64,000 nucleotides of DNA from a bacterium (GTDB taxonomy: Bacteria; Zhuqueibacterota; Zhuqueibacteria; Residuimicrobiales; Krinioviventaceae), in assembly GCA_963693055.1 (NCBI GenBank), contig OY843751.1:1728001-1792000 (forward strand). The letters are read 5' to 3'. Positions 18,560 to 28,526 of the stretch are shown one piece after another (the first letter of the stretch is position 1; every line of letters starts with the position of its first letter). The notes beneath the pieces are model-generated. The model searched no databases. It saw only the letters and a list, made by a program, of their open reading frames with translations, and was not told the origin of the DNA. The translations under genes and the position numbers were made by a program.

Positions 18560-20170
18560 TTAAAAGGGACTGATTTGAGATTCAGGTTTGCCGGATTGTA
18601 AAAATTTTCCGCTTTCATGGATTTTAATGATATTCCAATCTCTTCCATTGCGTGTTGCAAATGTATATATACTGCCATCATCAGATATTTCTTCAAACGC
18701 TCTTGCAACCTGAACAGTATTGATCTGTTCTTTTAATGTTTGCAATACAGCATCCGGTACCATATTTTCTTCAACGCCGGTAAATTCTTTACCATTGATT
18801 TTTGTATTTGAAGCATTAATTCGTTTTACATTGATGAAACGATTGCCATTGGCTGCGTTATTAAAGGTACAGTTGTTCAAGGTAATATCAGTCACTGGTG
18901 AATTGGGGTATCCCATCAAGAGTAAGCCAAAATTGCTTTTTTCGCAGGTTACGTCGCTGACTTTAATGTTTTTGACAGAAGGAGTAAACTCGCCCGCATC
19001 TCCATTTTCATAGTAAAAGTTGACTCGGACCACTGCATCAGAAACCTGGCCGACACGAACATTGCGGAAATAGATATTTTCTACATTACCGCCTCGTAAA
19101 GAGTTGGTTTTGATACGCAGCGCGCGTTCCAGATTGGGACTGTCCATTTCACAATTTTCAGCAAAAATATTAATTGCTCCACCGGTAATTTCGCTGCCAA
19201 TTACAACACCACCGTGTCCGTCTTTCATTGTACAATTGCGAACAATTATGTTTTCGCAAGGTATATTGATTCTGCGTCCATCAGCATTTCGTCCGGATTT
19301 TAAAGCGATACAGTCATCACCCGTATCAAAAAAACAGTCTTCTATTAAAACATTTTTACATGATTCAGGGTCACAACCATCGTTGTTTGGACCGTGGCTG
19401 TTGATATGAACTCCGCGAACGATAACATTTTCACACAGAACAGGGTGCAGTTCCCACATGGGAGAGTTGACAATAGTAATACCTTCTATTAATACATTTT
19501 TACATCGGTAAGGTTGAACAAATTGTGGACGAAGAAAAGATCCTTTAGGAAATACACGTTCAACTACTGGTACATTGTTTTCCGCCCACTGGAACAATAT
19601 GGAGCGGGTTTCGCGCTGTGAATGTATTCCATCTTTCCAGCCGTAATGAGGTGCTCCACACATGGGCCACCAATTTTCTTTGTTCGCTTGTCCATTCAGA
19701 GTACCTTTACCGGTAATTGCAATATTTTCCTGCTCAAACGCATAAACAAATGGGGAATAGTTCATGACTTCAACACCTTCCCAGCGACTGTGCACAACCG
19801 GCAGGTATTTTTTAACATCCGGGCTAAAGAGGAGGGTGGCATTCTCTTCAAGATGCAGATTGACATTGCTTTTCAAGTGAACAGGTCCTGTGAGGTAATC
19901 TCCCGCAGGTACCAATACACGTCCGCCGCCAGCGGCATTACATTCGGTTATTGCTTTAGATATTGCGTCTGAACAATCGGTTTTGCCATCACCAATTGCG
20001 CCAAATTCTGTGATATTGAAATTCTTGTCCTGAAAAACCGGTTCTTTAATCTGCTCAAGAATTTCCGGCAAAAGGTCCCAGCCGGTTTTGACTTGAGGTT
20101 GACAAGAAATCAGCAATCCTGAAATTAGTGTTAATACCAGGATTGTCAATAACGGTTTGAGGGTTTTCAT
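18560..20170 (-). CDS. Glycoside hydrolase family 28 exo-polygalacturonase-like lipoprotein
   Basis: Lipobox LISC; NNDG, GDDCIALKSG, GHGG..GSE, RIKT. Confidence 0.92.
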   Translation of the reverse strand: MKTLKPLLTILVLTLISGLLISCQPQVKTGWDLLPEILEQIKEPVFQDKNFNITEFGAIGDGKTDCSDAISKAITECNAAGGGRVLVPAGDYLTGPVHLKSNVNLHLEENATLLFSPDVKKYLPVVHSRWEGVEVMNYSPFVYAFEQENIAITGKGTLNGQANKENWWPMCGAPHYGWKDGIHSQRETRSILFQWAENNVPVVERVFPKGSFLRPQFVQPYRCKNVLIEGITIVNSPMWELHPVLCENVIVRGVHINSHGPNNDGCDPESCKNVLIEDCFFDTGDDCIALKSGRNADGRRINIPCENIIVRNCTMKDGHGGVVIGSEITGGAINIFAENCEMDSPNLERALRIKTNSLRGGNVENIYFRNVRVGQVSDAVVRVNFYYENGDAGEFTPSVKNIKVSDVTCEKSNFGLLLMGYPNSPVTDITLNNCTFNNAANGNRFINVKRINASNTKINGKEFTGVEENMVPDAVLQTLKEQINTVQVARAFEEISDDGSIYTFATRNGRDWNIIKIHESGKFLQSGKPESQISPF

Positions 20171-20185
20171 GTTTACTACTCCTTT

Positions 20186-21916
20186 TTAAGATTTAATCTC
20201 GCATTTACGCCATTTACGAACCGAGTTTATCAAAAATAATTCTTTGGCTTGAATTACATCCGATTGATACAAGATCCGCTCTTTTATTTCACCCTTTTTT
20301 AACAAATGCTCCCGAAAGGTCCCTGCCAATAATCCGCAAGAAACCGGTGGGGTATAAAGTATATCGTTTATATTTACTACCAGATTGTGCATGCTGGTTT
20401 CTGTAATTTCCCCTTTGTGATTATAAAGCAAAACGTCATCATATTCCTGGTGTAAATTAATGTATGTATCATAGATTTTTCGGTTTGTCGTTTTGTGGTA
20501 TAACCAAACCGATGATTTATCAACAGGTTCATTTGCAAAGCAAATACGGGCCATAGTGTTTGGATCTGCTTCTATCATGAATGATTGTATTTCTACATTA
20601 CCGACGGAATCAACCAGCAAGCGCACACGTGTAGAATTTTTAAATGATTTAGCTGATTGGTTCAGCTTTTCAAGTATATATTGGTTGTTGATCTTGAAAC
20701 CAAAGTAACGGGCAGATTGACGTAAACGTTTAAGGTGTATGTCAAGAAGAAAAAAGCCCATATGAGGTTGCCATAACAGGGTTTCTAATAAGCGAAAAGG
20801 TTCATATTTGTGATTTAATATTTTTGCTTTTAATAGGGATTCTTGAAATTCATCATGTGGTTTGGAATCCCAGACAATACCGCTGCCTATATTATAAACG
20901 GCTTTACCTGTACTTTTGTTCTGAATTAATGTGCGAATTGCTACATTAAATTGTGCTTTTTTATCCGGAGATACATAACCGATGCTTCCGGTATAGATAC
21001 CACGCGGATAATTTTCCAGTTGATTTATAATGTGCATTGTACTGACTTTGGGGGCCCCAGTAATGGATGCGCAAGGGAATAGGGCTTTAAATATATCGCT
21101 CACTGGTGCAAGCGTTCTAGATTGAACGGTAGATGTCATTTGCCAGACTGTAGGATACTGTTCTATACTGTAAAGTTTAGGTACGGAAACACTATTTAAT
21201 TCAGCAATGCGTCCCATATCGTTTCTGATCATATCTACAATCATAACATTTTCAGCGCGGTTTTTGGTACTGTATTTTAAATTGCGTTTACTTTGAGCAT
21301 CTTTTAAAGAGTATTTACCACGAGGTGCGGTGCCTTTCATAGGCTTGGAATAGAGTCTGGTTCCATCCAGTTTAAAAAATAATTCAGGAGAAGCTGAGCA
21401 TATTATATGTGTTTCGGTTTCAACCAGCGCTGCATAGGGTGCTTTTTGTGCATGGACCATGTGATGGAACAGGGAATAATAACTCCCTTTAAATGTTGAA
21501 TATAACGGGAATGTAAAATTAACCTGATATGTATTACCCTGTTGAATTTGCTGTTTTATGGTGTCTATTGCGGAATAATATTGCGATTCGTAAATAGCCG
21601 ATTGCCATGCTGTGAAAGAATATTCCTTGGTTCCATCAAAAGGTAATTCAGCAAGTTCCCGGGGTTGTTTAAATAAGCCAAATGTCATTAATGGATATTC
21701 AGAAAGTGAATGGACTTTTAAGTGTGGATCAAATGCAGAAGACGCTTCATAACCAAGAAAACCCGCAGCCCAAAGGTTTCCATCTTTGATTCGTTTTTCG
21801 ATATAACAAAGCTGGTCTATTATTGTATTGCTATCAAATGATGAAACTATCTCGACAGGATCATCAAAAATAAGCCACTTGTTATCAGTATTATTATAAA
21901 GATGAATTTTTAACAT
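20186..21916 (-). CDS. pabB: Aminodeoxychorismate synthase component I fused to ADC lyase
   Basis: YQVN, SPELF, PMKGT, ENVMIVD, FPCASITGAPK; C-terminal class IV domain HKTT and GLLAGT. Confidence 0.9.
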   Translation of the reverse strand: MLKIHLYNNTDNKWLIFDDPVEIVSSFDSNTIIDQLCYIEKRIKDGNLWAAGFLGYEASSAFDPHLKVHSLSEYPLMTFGLFKQPRELAELPFDGTKEYSFTAWQSAIYESQYYSAIDTIKQQIQQGNTYQVNFTFPLYSTFKGSYYSLFHHMVHAQKAPYAALVETETHIICSASPELFFKLDGTRLYSKPMKGTAPRGKYSLKDAQSKRNLKYSTKNRAENVMIVDMIRNDMGRIAELNSVSVPKLYSIEQYPTVWQMTSTVQSRTLAPVSDIFKALFPCASITGAPKVSTMHIINQLENYPRGIYTGSIGYVSPDKKAQFNVAIRTLIQNKSTGKAVYNIGSGIVWDSKPHDEFQESLLKAKILNHKYEPFRLLETLLWQPHMGFFLLDIHLKRLRQSARYFGFKINNQYILEKLNQSAKSFKNSTRVRLLVDSVGNVEIQSFMIEADPNTMARICFANEPVDKSSVWLYHKTTNRKIYDTYINLHQEYDDVLLYNHKGEITETSMHNLVVNINDILYTPPVSCGLLAGTFREHLLKKGEIKERILYQSDVIQAKELFLINSVRKWRKCEIKS

Positions 21917-21977
21917 AAATCAGTGTTTGTTTTTAACTCTAATTTTGTTATTTTCCATACCCAAAGAAAGGTGTGTT

Positions 21978-22799
21978 ATGGAATTTAAATATAATAAAAA
22001 ATCTCGTGAAAAACTCATATATAATAACCCGGAAAAATTAAAAATAGCCCGGGATATGTTGGAACGTTATACCGGTGGTAATCTGTCTGACTTTAAAAAA
22101 CACATTATTTTAACCAATTTCAACAAATATATGCACGTTTTTGCAGAACGTTTCAATGCAGAAATTCATACAGGATCAGTAATGTCAGTCATTCATGCTG
22201 AAGATGTGAATGTGAGTATGGTGGATTTCAAGATTGGCGCTCCTACTGCTGCATTGATTATTGAATTGTTGGCCGTACTCGATCCGCAAGCCGTTTTGTT
22301 TTTGGGCATGTGTGGCGGATTGCATCCTTCACTTAAGGTTGGTGATTTTATTTTACCAATGGCCGCAATACGTGATGAAGGTGTATCTCAGAATTTCATA
22401 CCCAAGCAAGTACCCAGTTTACCAACCTTTAAAATACAAAAATTTGTAAGTCAAATGCTGGTAGATGATGGTTATGATTATCGTACCGGTGTGGTCCATA
22501 CAACAGATTATCGTTTTTGGGAATTTGACCATCGTTTTAAAAAGAAGCTTTATGAGGAACGTGCAATTGCAATTGACATGGAATGTGCTGCATTATTTTC
22601 GGTTGGCTTTGTAAGCAAAGTACCTATTGGTGCGCTTTTACTGGTGTCTGATATGCCTTTAAAAGAGGGCGGGATCAAGACCAAAGCCTCGTCAAAGCAG
22701 GTTTTTCATGATTTTACTCAAATCCATATTGATGTGGGTATACGTTCCATGGTTGATATTCAGGATCGTGGAGAGCATATTCGTCATTATCGCTGGTAG
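21978..22799 (+). CDS. amn: AMP nucleosidase (short form)
   Basis: LERYTG, LTNF, FLGMCGGL, AIRDEG, DME; ATG 21978 chosen as start. Confidence 0.88.
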   Translation: MEFKYNKKSREKLIYNNPEKLKIARDMLERYTGGNLSDFKKHIILTNFNKYMHVFAERFNAEIHTGSVMSVIHAEDVNVSMVDFKIGAPTAALIIELLAVLDPQAVLFLGMCGGLHPSLKVGDFILPMAAIRDEGVSQNFIPKQVPSLPTFKIQKFVSQMLVDDGYDYRTGVVHTTDYRFWEFDHRFKKKLYEERAIAIDMECAALFSVGFVSKVPIGALLLVSDMPLKEGGIKTKASSKQVFHDFTQIHIDVGIRSMVDIQDRGEHIRHYRW

Positions 22800-22801
22800 T
22801 T

Positions 22802-23260
22802 TTAATTGTTAGAAATACGACCGCTCATTTGGGTGATATTTACTTTTATAATGCATGTTTTTTCCAAAGGACCTTCTTTATAAGTAAAAGGAGGCTCAGT
22901 GTATTGTGACATGATTATGTCGAGTGCTTTGATTTTATCCTCTCGATCTGTAATTAATTCTGCAGCTCCATATCCTACAACACTTTTATAAAAAGATGAC
23001 CAGCCACAGGCATGATCTGAAGGTAATAGTTCTACATCGCAATCCATTTCAAAACTCACATTCGAATTTTGATTCAATAAATCAATTTTTTTACCATAAT
23101 GACCTGTATGAAAATAGAGAGCATTGTCTTTATAGCCAAAATTTAATGGAACAATATAAGGGCGATTGTCAACACTCATTGCCAGTCTGCATAGCTGACA
23201 TTTGCGAATAATTGATTCAATTTCCTGAATATCCTTGACTTCTTTTTCCTTTTTTCTCAT
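22802..23260 (-). CDS. NimA/pyridoxamine oxidase-like flavin-binding protein
   Basis: MRKKEKE start, PYIVPLNFGY, LYFH..GKK, YKSVVG. Confidence 0.85.
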   Translation of the reverse strand: MRKKEKEVKDIQEIESIIRKCQLCRLAMSVDNRPYIVPLNFGYKDNALYFHTGHYGKKIDLLNQNSNVSFEMDCDVELLPSDHACGWSSFYKSVVGYGAAELITDREDKIKALDIIMSQYTEPPFTYKEGPLEKTCIIKVNITQMSGRISNN

Positions 23261-23361
23261 ATTAATAATACCTAAAGTTTGTGGTGTTGATTTCAAGATC
23301 TGGGTTTATTTAGGGGTTATTATCATAATTTTATTTTGTTTTGAAAAATAGTGATAAATGT

Positions 23362-23817
23362 ATGGCCAATCAAGAGGAAAGTATAAATCTGCAAAAAAGA
23401 TTGCTGTTAAACCGGATTCTGACATTGCTGGATGAGTACAAAAAAGAAGGTAATAAACAAAATATTGCCCTGGTGCTGGAGGTGTGTGGAAGACAATGCG
23501 CACAAACCGGTGCTATTCAACTGGCAAATGAATGTGACGGAGATTTGGAAAAGTTTTTAATAAATCTGGGGCATGTGATTGGTGAAAACAATATTGTGAA
23601 ATCTGAAAATTGTATTACAATACGCTATGATGAGTGTTATTGTACACTGGTTGTAGAAAATACCGGATTACCGGAAATCTTGTGTGAATGTTCCTGTGGC
23701 TGGGTAAAGGAAATGTTTGAAACAGTCTTGAAAAGGCCAGTCATGGTTGAAGGAATAGGCTCTATTATACGGGGAGATCCGCAATGTGAATTCAAGATTC
23801 ACATTGAGAATCAGTAA
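23362..23817 (+). CDS. Cys-rich V4R/DUF6144-like protein
   Basis: CGRQCA, CYC, CECSCGW, GD..CEF. Confidence 0.7.
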   Translation: MANQEESINLQKRLLLNRILTLLDEYKKEGNKQNIALVLEVCGRQCAQTGAIQLANECDGDLEKFLINLGHVIGENNIVKSENCITIRYDECYCTLVVENTGLPEILCECSCGWVKEMFETVLKRPVMVEGIGSIIRGDPQCEFKIHIENQ

Positions 23818-24964
23818 TTGGGAAACCTATTGTTATAATTGTACCCTCGTTTACCTTACTATCCAATTTAATATATCCATTATGCTCATCAAGAATATTT
23901 TTAACAATGGGTAGGCCCAAACCAGTACCTTTTCCTTCTGATTTGGTGGTAAAGAAGGGATTGAAAATTTTATCTTTAATCTCGTCGGGTATACCCGAGC
24001 CTGTATCTGAAAAAGTTATTTCAAAATAACTATTATTATTGCTTTTTTGTGTGGTAATGGAGAGTTTACCACCGCTTGACATGGCGTGTGCGGCATTGAT
24101 TTCGAGATTACGAATAACTTGCTCTATAAGATTGCGATCTCCACATACATACTGGGTTTCATCATCCAATTGAATGTCAACCTGTACATATTTTAAAACT
24201 CCACTCATGATCAAGGTGTCAGTGGTTTGGCTGACAATTTGATTGAGGTCAAGCGGTTGGAGCCTGGGCTTTGATGGCTTGCTCAAAGATAGCAGGTTTT
24301 TACCGTGAAGGGCGACTTTTTCAAGATTGGTTAAAATATATTCGTTGATTTCTTTAATCTTGTCCGGTTTGTCATAATTTTCCTGCAGCAATTTAGAGTG
24401 GATCAGCATGCCGCCAACAAGGTTGTTTAACTCGTGTCCAATGGTTCCTGCAATAATACCCAGGGTTGCCTGTTTTTCAGTCTGAACTAGTTGGTTGTGG
24501 GCTTGTTTTAGTTCTGAAATATCTTTATACATGAGAGATACAGCATCTACTTTTTTGTTATCATCAAAAATGGGGGATGCTGAAAGCAGTACATTTTTTG
24601 GGGTACCTGATTTTGTATAACGAATGGCTTCGAGACTGCGAATGGATTCACCATTGAGAACGCGAATTGATAGATTTTCCGCTTCATCCCGAACACTTTC
24701 CTGAACCACCAGTATATCAATGTCTTTACCCAGTACTTCTTCTTCAGTGTAACCAAAAATATTTGTGGCGCCCATATTCCAGGAAGTAATTTTTTTATCC
24801 GGATTGATTGATATAATTGCATCCGCTGCAAATTCAACAATTGATCTGTAGCGTTGTTCTGATTCGCGAAGATCATTTATCATTTCCCAAACCAGTTTTT
24901 CCAAAGTACCGGAAATTGTCTTGATCTGGGATGCGTATTTTATTGCTTTTTCTTTCTTTTTCAT
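23792..24964 (-). CDS. Soluble PAS sensor histidine kinase
   Basis: PAS (DAII..WN.GA..FGY), H-box HELNN, N/G/F boxes DTGSG, FNPFFTTK, GTGLGL. Confidence 0.92.
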   Translation of the reverse strand: MKKKEKAIKYASQIKTISGTLEKLVWEMINDLRESEQRYRSIVEFAADAIISINPDKKITSWNMGATNIFGYTEEEVLGKDIDILVVQESVRDEAENLSIRVLNGESIRSLEAIRYTKSGTPKNVLLSASPIFDDNKKVDAVSLMYKDISELKQAHNQLVQTEKQATLGIIAGTIGHELNNLVGGMLIHSKLLQENYDKPDKIKEINEYILTNLEKVALHGKNLLSLSKPSKPRLQPLDLNQIVSQTTDTLIMSGVLKYVQVDIQLDDETQYVCGDRNLIEQVIRNLEINAAHAMSSGGKLSITTQKSNNNSYFEITFSDTGSGIPDEIKDKIFNPFFTTKSEGKGTGLGLPIVKNILDEHNGYIKLDSKVNEGTIITIGFPITDSQCES

Positions 24965-25146
24965 ATTTCTTTCTTGTAATTCATAGAGTTTTTAATTTAG
25001 TGATTTTTATAATTAAATCAAACAATCAACTTTTGTACCTGACAATCCATTCGTTGTACCCAGAGGTACATTGGGCAGTTTTTAAAGTATGTGATATTTT
25101 CTTTAATTTATTGTTTTTATTGTGTTTGGGTCTATCGTTGTGCTTT

Positions 25147-25161
25147 TGGCACCGCTGTTGC
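25147..25161 (+). promoter_or_regulatory. Sigma54 (-24/-12) promoter
   Basis: TGGCAC-CGCTG-TTGC, exact consensus, 40 bp upstream of ATG 25201. Confidence 0.8.
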
Positions 25162-25200
25162 TTGATTTATAGTAGAAATCAAAACAAAGGAGATAGAGTC

Positions 25201-25512
25201 ATGAAAAAGATGAATGCGATATTATTGATAACCATGTTTGTATTGGGAATGGGATTGTTTGCAACATCCACTGCGGCTGTTGTTTATGTACGTAAAGCCC
25301 CACCTGCACGAAAGACTGTAATAGTAAAACCTGCCAGGCCTCACCATAATTCTGTATGGGTTAGCGGACATTGGGGATGGAGAAATGGAGTGCATATATG
25401 GGTTGATGGTAAATGGATCAGCTCAAAGAAAGACCATGTTTGGATTGATGGACATTGGAAGAAAACCGCCAAAGGGTGGATCTGGGTTGATGGTCATTGG
25501 AAAAAAAGATAA
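25201..25512 (+). CDS. Secreted YXWGXW-repeat protein
   Basis: AAAGGAG RBS before MKKMNAILL signal peptide; APP motif and 4x VW.xGxW; the ORF-track start at 24931 is an over-extension. Confidence 0.88.
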   Translation: MKKMNAILLITMFVLGMGLFATSTAAVVYVRKAPPARKTVIVKPARPHHNSVWVSGHWGWRNGVHIWVDGKWISSKKDHVWIDGHWKKTAKGWIWVDGHWKKR

Positions 25513-25520
25513 TTCTTTAT

Positions 25521-25550
25521 AAAAAGCCGCATAGTAAATGCGGCTTTTTT
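25521..25550. terminator. Bidirectional intrinsic terminator
   Basis: AAAAAGCCGCAT...ATGCGGCTTTTT. Confidence 0.85.
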
Positions 25551-25554
25551 ATGT

Positions 25555-26535
25555 TTATGAATCCAGTGCCTGCCATCCCAAAAATGAAGCTCCAAGTATG
25601 GCAGAATCATCTTTGAGTTCAGCAGCAACAATTCGGACATTTCGTGAAGCAATATCGAAAGCGTTTTCCTGAGCAACCTTACGAACGTTTTTTACATAGT
25701 TTTCACCAAAAGCTTCAACAATACCGCCGCCCAAGACGACAACTTCGGGATTGAAAATATTCAATAATGAACCCGTTGCTAATCCAATATAGTGAGACGA
25801 TCTATCCAAAGCTTCTCTAACTACAGGATCGTTTTCAGAATAGCTTTTAAATAACGAACTGCTGCGTATTTTTTCTTTTCTTTTGGGTAATAATTCAAAA
25901 ATAGAAGATTCTCGTCCGTTAATTTCTTCAATTCTAATATATTTTTCTATGGCTGTACGGCTTGCAAATGCTTCCAGGCAACCTCTGTTGCCACAACCAC
26001 ACAAGGGTCCATTGGGATCCATGATCATGTGACCCAGTTCACCGGCATTTTCATTAAATCCATGAAGCAGATTGCCATTGATAATAACGCCTCCGCCAAT
26101 ACCTGTTCCTACAAACAGACCAACCATATGTTTGGCGCCATGACCGGCACCATATGCATATTCGCCCAGCAAGCCAACATTACCATCATTATCAATTTTT
26201 ACCGGTTTTTTTAATGTTTTTTCTAAACGGGATTTTAGCGGTGCATCTTTCCAGCCCAGGTTTGGTGTCTCAATTACTTTACCCTCAGTTAAATCCAATG
26301 GGCCAGGGGAGCCGAGACCAATAGCTCCGATTTGAGATAGTGAAAGCCCCGCATTTTTGATTGCTTCCATAACGCAGTCAAATATTCTATCTACAACTGT
26401 GTTGAATCCTAATTCCCCTTTGGTTCTTGTTTTAGCAGTACTAATAATTTTTCCTTTTTTGTCAATTACAGCAGAGAAAATTTTAGTAGCGCCCAGATCT
26501 ACTCCTACAACATATTTGTACTTTTTTGCATCCAT
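25555..26535 (-). CDS. ROK-family sugar kinase (glucokinase-like)
   Basis: GVDLGAT, GSPG, DND, GTGIGGG, GELGH, CGCGNRGCLE. Confidence 0.92.
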   Translation of the reverse strand: MDAKKYKYVVGVDLGATKIFSAVIDKKGKIISTAKTRTKGELGFNTVVDRIFDCVMEAIKNAGLSLSQIGAIGLGSPGPLDLTEGKVIETPNLGWKDAPLKSRLEKTLKKPVKIDNDGNVGLLGEYAYGAGHGAKHMVGLFVGTGIGGGVIINGNLLHGFNENAGELGHMIMDPNGPLCGCGNRGCLEAFASRTAIEKYIRIEEINGRESSIFELLPKRKEKIRSSSLFKSYSENDPVVREALDRSSHYIGLATGSLLNIFNPEVVVLGGGIVEAFGENYVKNVRKVAQENAFDIASRNVRIVAAELKDDSAILGASFLGWQALDS

Positions 26536-26718
26536 ACATCTGTCCCTGTGTTGTTTTCAAGTGTCTTAATATAATAAATAAACTCAATATACTCAAACAT
26601 TTAATATTGAAAAATCTTATGTGCAGAATTGTATATCTATATTATCGGCATTTTAACGTAAAATTTATAAAAAAATGGCCTAAAAGTCTAAAAAAAATGA
26701 ATTAAATAATGATTTTAC

Positions 26719-26800
26719 TTGACATTAGTTCTTTTATAAACTATCTTAAAATGAAGTGGTGACTTTAGGTGATTGTAGGCATTTTAGCGCTATTTTAGGC
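26719..26800 (+). promoter_or_regulatory. dcw promoter with probable MraZ operator repeats
   Basis: TTGACA-N17-TATCTT (26719-26747), then AGTGG/TTAGG/GTAGG/TAGCG/TTAGG at 10-bp period. Confidence 0.65.
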
Positions 26801-26816
26801 AAAAAAACAAGCAAGA

Positions 26817-27269
26817 GTGGCAATGGCAGGTTTAATTGGAAAATATTCTGTTTCGCTGGATCCGAAAGGCAGACTGGCAATTCCGTCCAGGCATCGTAGT
26901 GCCTTTCCGGAATCGCAGCAAGACAAGATTGTTGTCACTCGAGGACTGCATAATTGTGTTACAGGATATTATCAGGAAAGATGGGATGAGTTGATCGAGA
27001 ACATTGAATCTGCTGATAGGACTTATGCAGAAAAACTTGCAATGCGCCGTGCGTTTGTTGGTAGTTCTGTTGAAACAGCATTTGATAAGCAGGGGCGAAT
27101 TACCCTGCCGTCACATTTGATAGAGTTTGCTGGTATGCAGGATTGTTCAGAGGTTATTGTGATGGGGTGTACCAATTATCTTGAAATCTGGAATCCAAAG
27201 GTCTTTGAAGAATATGAAGAGCAGAATGAGCAGTTGTTGCATAAAGTTTTAAATGAAATAAATATGTAG
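26817..27269 (+). CDS. mraZ: Transcriptional repressor MraZ
   Basis: LDPKGRLAIP and DKQGRITLP duplicated motifs; first gene of dcw. Confidence 0.95.
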   Translation: MAMAGLIGKYSVSLDPKGRLAIPSRHRSAFPESQQDKIVVTRGLHNCVTGYYQERWDELIENIESADRTYAEKLAMRRAFVGSSVETAFDKQGRITLPSHLIEFAGMQDCSEVIVMGCTNYLEIWNPKVFEEYEEQNEQLLHKVLNEINM

Positions 27270-27279
27270 ATGATGCAAA

Positions 27280-28206
27280 GTGATGGTTGAATATCATATA
27301 CCGGTACTAGTAGATAAGGTTGTTGAGGCACTTGATGCAGGTAACGCTGAAACAATAGTTGATGCTACATTAGGTGATGCCGGATATTTTTTGAAAATTA
27401 TTGAAAAAATGCCCGGAACGGGTAAGGTAATCGGATTTGATCGGGATACAGAAGCAATAAATAGAGTTGAGGCCCGGTTAGGTTCTTTGATAAACAGGTT
27501 GATGATTGTGCAGGATAATTTTAGGAATATTGGTCCTGCGTTAGACATGCTTGATGTAGGCAAGGTGGATGGTGTTGTTGCGGATCTGGGTGTTTCCCGG
27601 TTGCAGATCAGTGATCCTGAGCGTGGATTTATGTATATGGCTTCCGGCCCTTTGAAGATGACAATGAATCCTGATGCTGGTTTGGATGCAGAGCAGGTTG
27701 TGAATACTTTTGAGCTGAGAGATCTCACCCGGATTTTTAGAGAGTTTGGTGAAGAGCGGGAGGCGTTTCGTATTGCAAAAGCTATAGTGAGGCAGCGTGA
27801 GGGTAAAGTGATCAGGACGACTGATGAGCTGCGAAATGTTATTCAGCGGGTGGTTGGCAGAAAGTATGAGATTAAGTCGTTTGCCAGAATTTTTCAAGCA
27901 ATCCGTATCTATGTGAATGATGAGCTGGCAAGTTTGAACGAGTTTTTACCAGCTGCAACGGATGCATTAAAGAGCGGTGGCAGGTTGGTTATTGTCAGTT
28001 ATCACAGCCTTGAGGATCGTATAGTGAAACAGTTTATACGTAAACAAGCTGATCCTTGCGAGTGTCCCAAAGAGTTACCGCATTGTGTTTGTGGTAAAAG
28101 GCCTGTTTTGAAACCTATTGGTAAATTGCTGAAAGCTGATGATGCTGAGATTAGATTGAATCCTAGTGCCCGTTCAGCAAGATTGAGAATTGCGGAAAAA
28201 ATGTGA
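27280..28206 (+). CDS. rsmH: 16S rRNA m4C1402 methyltransferase
   Basis: HIPVL, DATLG, DLGVS, FQAIRIYVNDEL, YHSLEDRIVK, NPSARSA. Confidence 0.96.
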   Translation: MMVEYHIPVLVDKVVEALDAGNAETIVDATLGDAGYFLKIIEKMPGTGKVIGFDRDTEAINRVEARLGSLINRLMIVQDNFRNIGPALDMLDVGKVDGVVADLGVSRLQISDPERGFMYMASGPLKMTMNPDAGLDAEQVVNTFELRDLTRIFREFGEEREAFRIAKAIVRQREGKVIRTTDELRNVIQRVVGRKYEIKSFARIFQAIRIYVNDELASLNEFLPAATDALKSGGRLVIVSYHSLEDRIVKQFIRKQADPCECPKELPHCVCGKRPVLKPIGKLLKADDAEIRLNPSARSARLRIAEKM

Positions 28207-28211
28207 GATAG

Positions 28212-28520
28212 ATGGCTGTTACCATAAAAAATAGTGTTAGACGTAAAAGGTTAATGAAAAAGTATGTAATACATGCTTTTATTGCTTTTTCCGTTTTTAG
28301 CCTGGTGAAGGTTTGGCAGAATGTAAGTGTGGGGCAGCTGAATAGACGTAATGTTAAAATGAGTCGTGAATTGCAGCAATTGGAATATGAAAAAGCTGTT
28401 TTGACAGATAAAGTAGAGACATTGACCCATGTTGACCGGATTGAAAGAATTGCCAAAGAAAAGTTGGGTTTTGTTCCTGCTGAAAAGATTAATATGAAAT
28501 TAAATGATGAAGAAAATTAA
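28212..28520 (+). CDS. ftsL: Cell division protein FtsL
   Basis: TM segment, coiled coil, RIERIAKEKLG; synteny. Confidence 0.85.
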   Translation: MAVTIKNSVRRKRLMKKYVIHAFIAFSVFSLVKVWQNVSVGQLNRRNVKMSRELQQLEYEKAVLTDKVETLTHVDRIERIAKEKLGFVPAEKINMKLNDEEN

Positions 28521-28526
28521 TAATAT

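Noticed and set aside
24931-25200. N-terminal extension of the YXWGXW ORF
   Set aside because: It spans the sigma54 promoter; RBS and signal peptide point to ATG 25201
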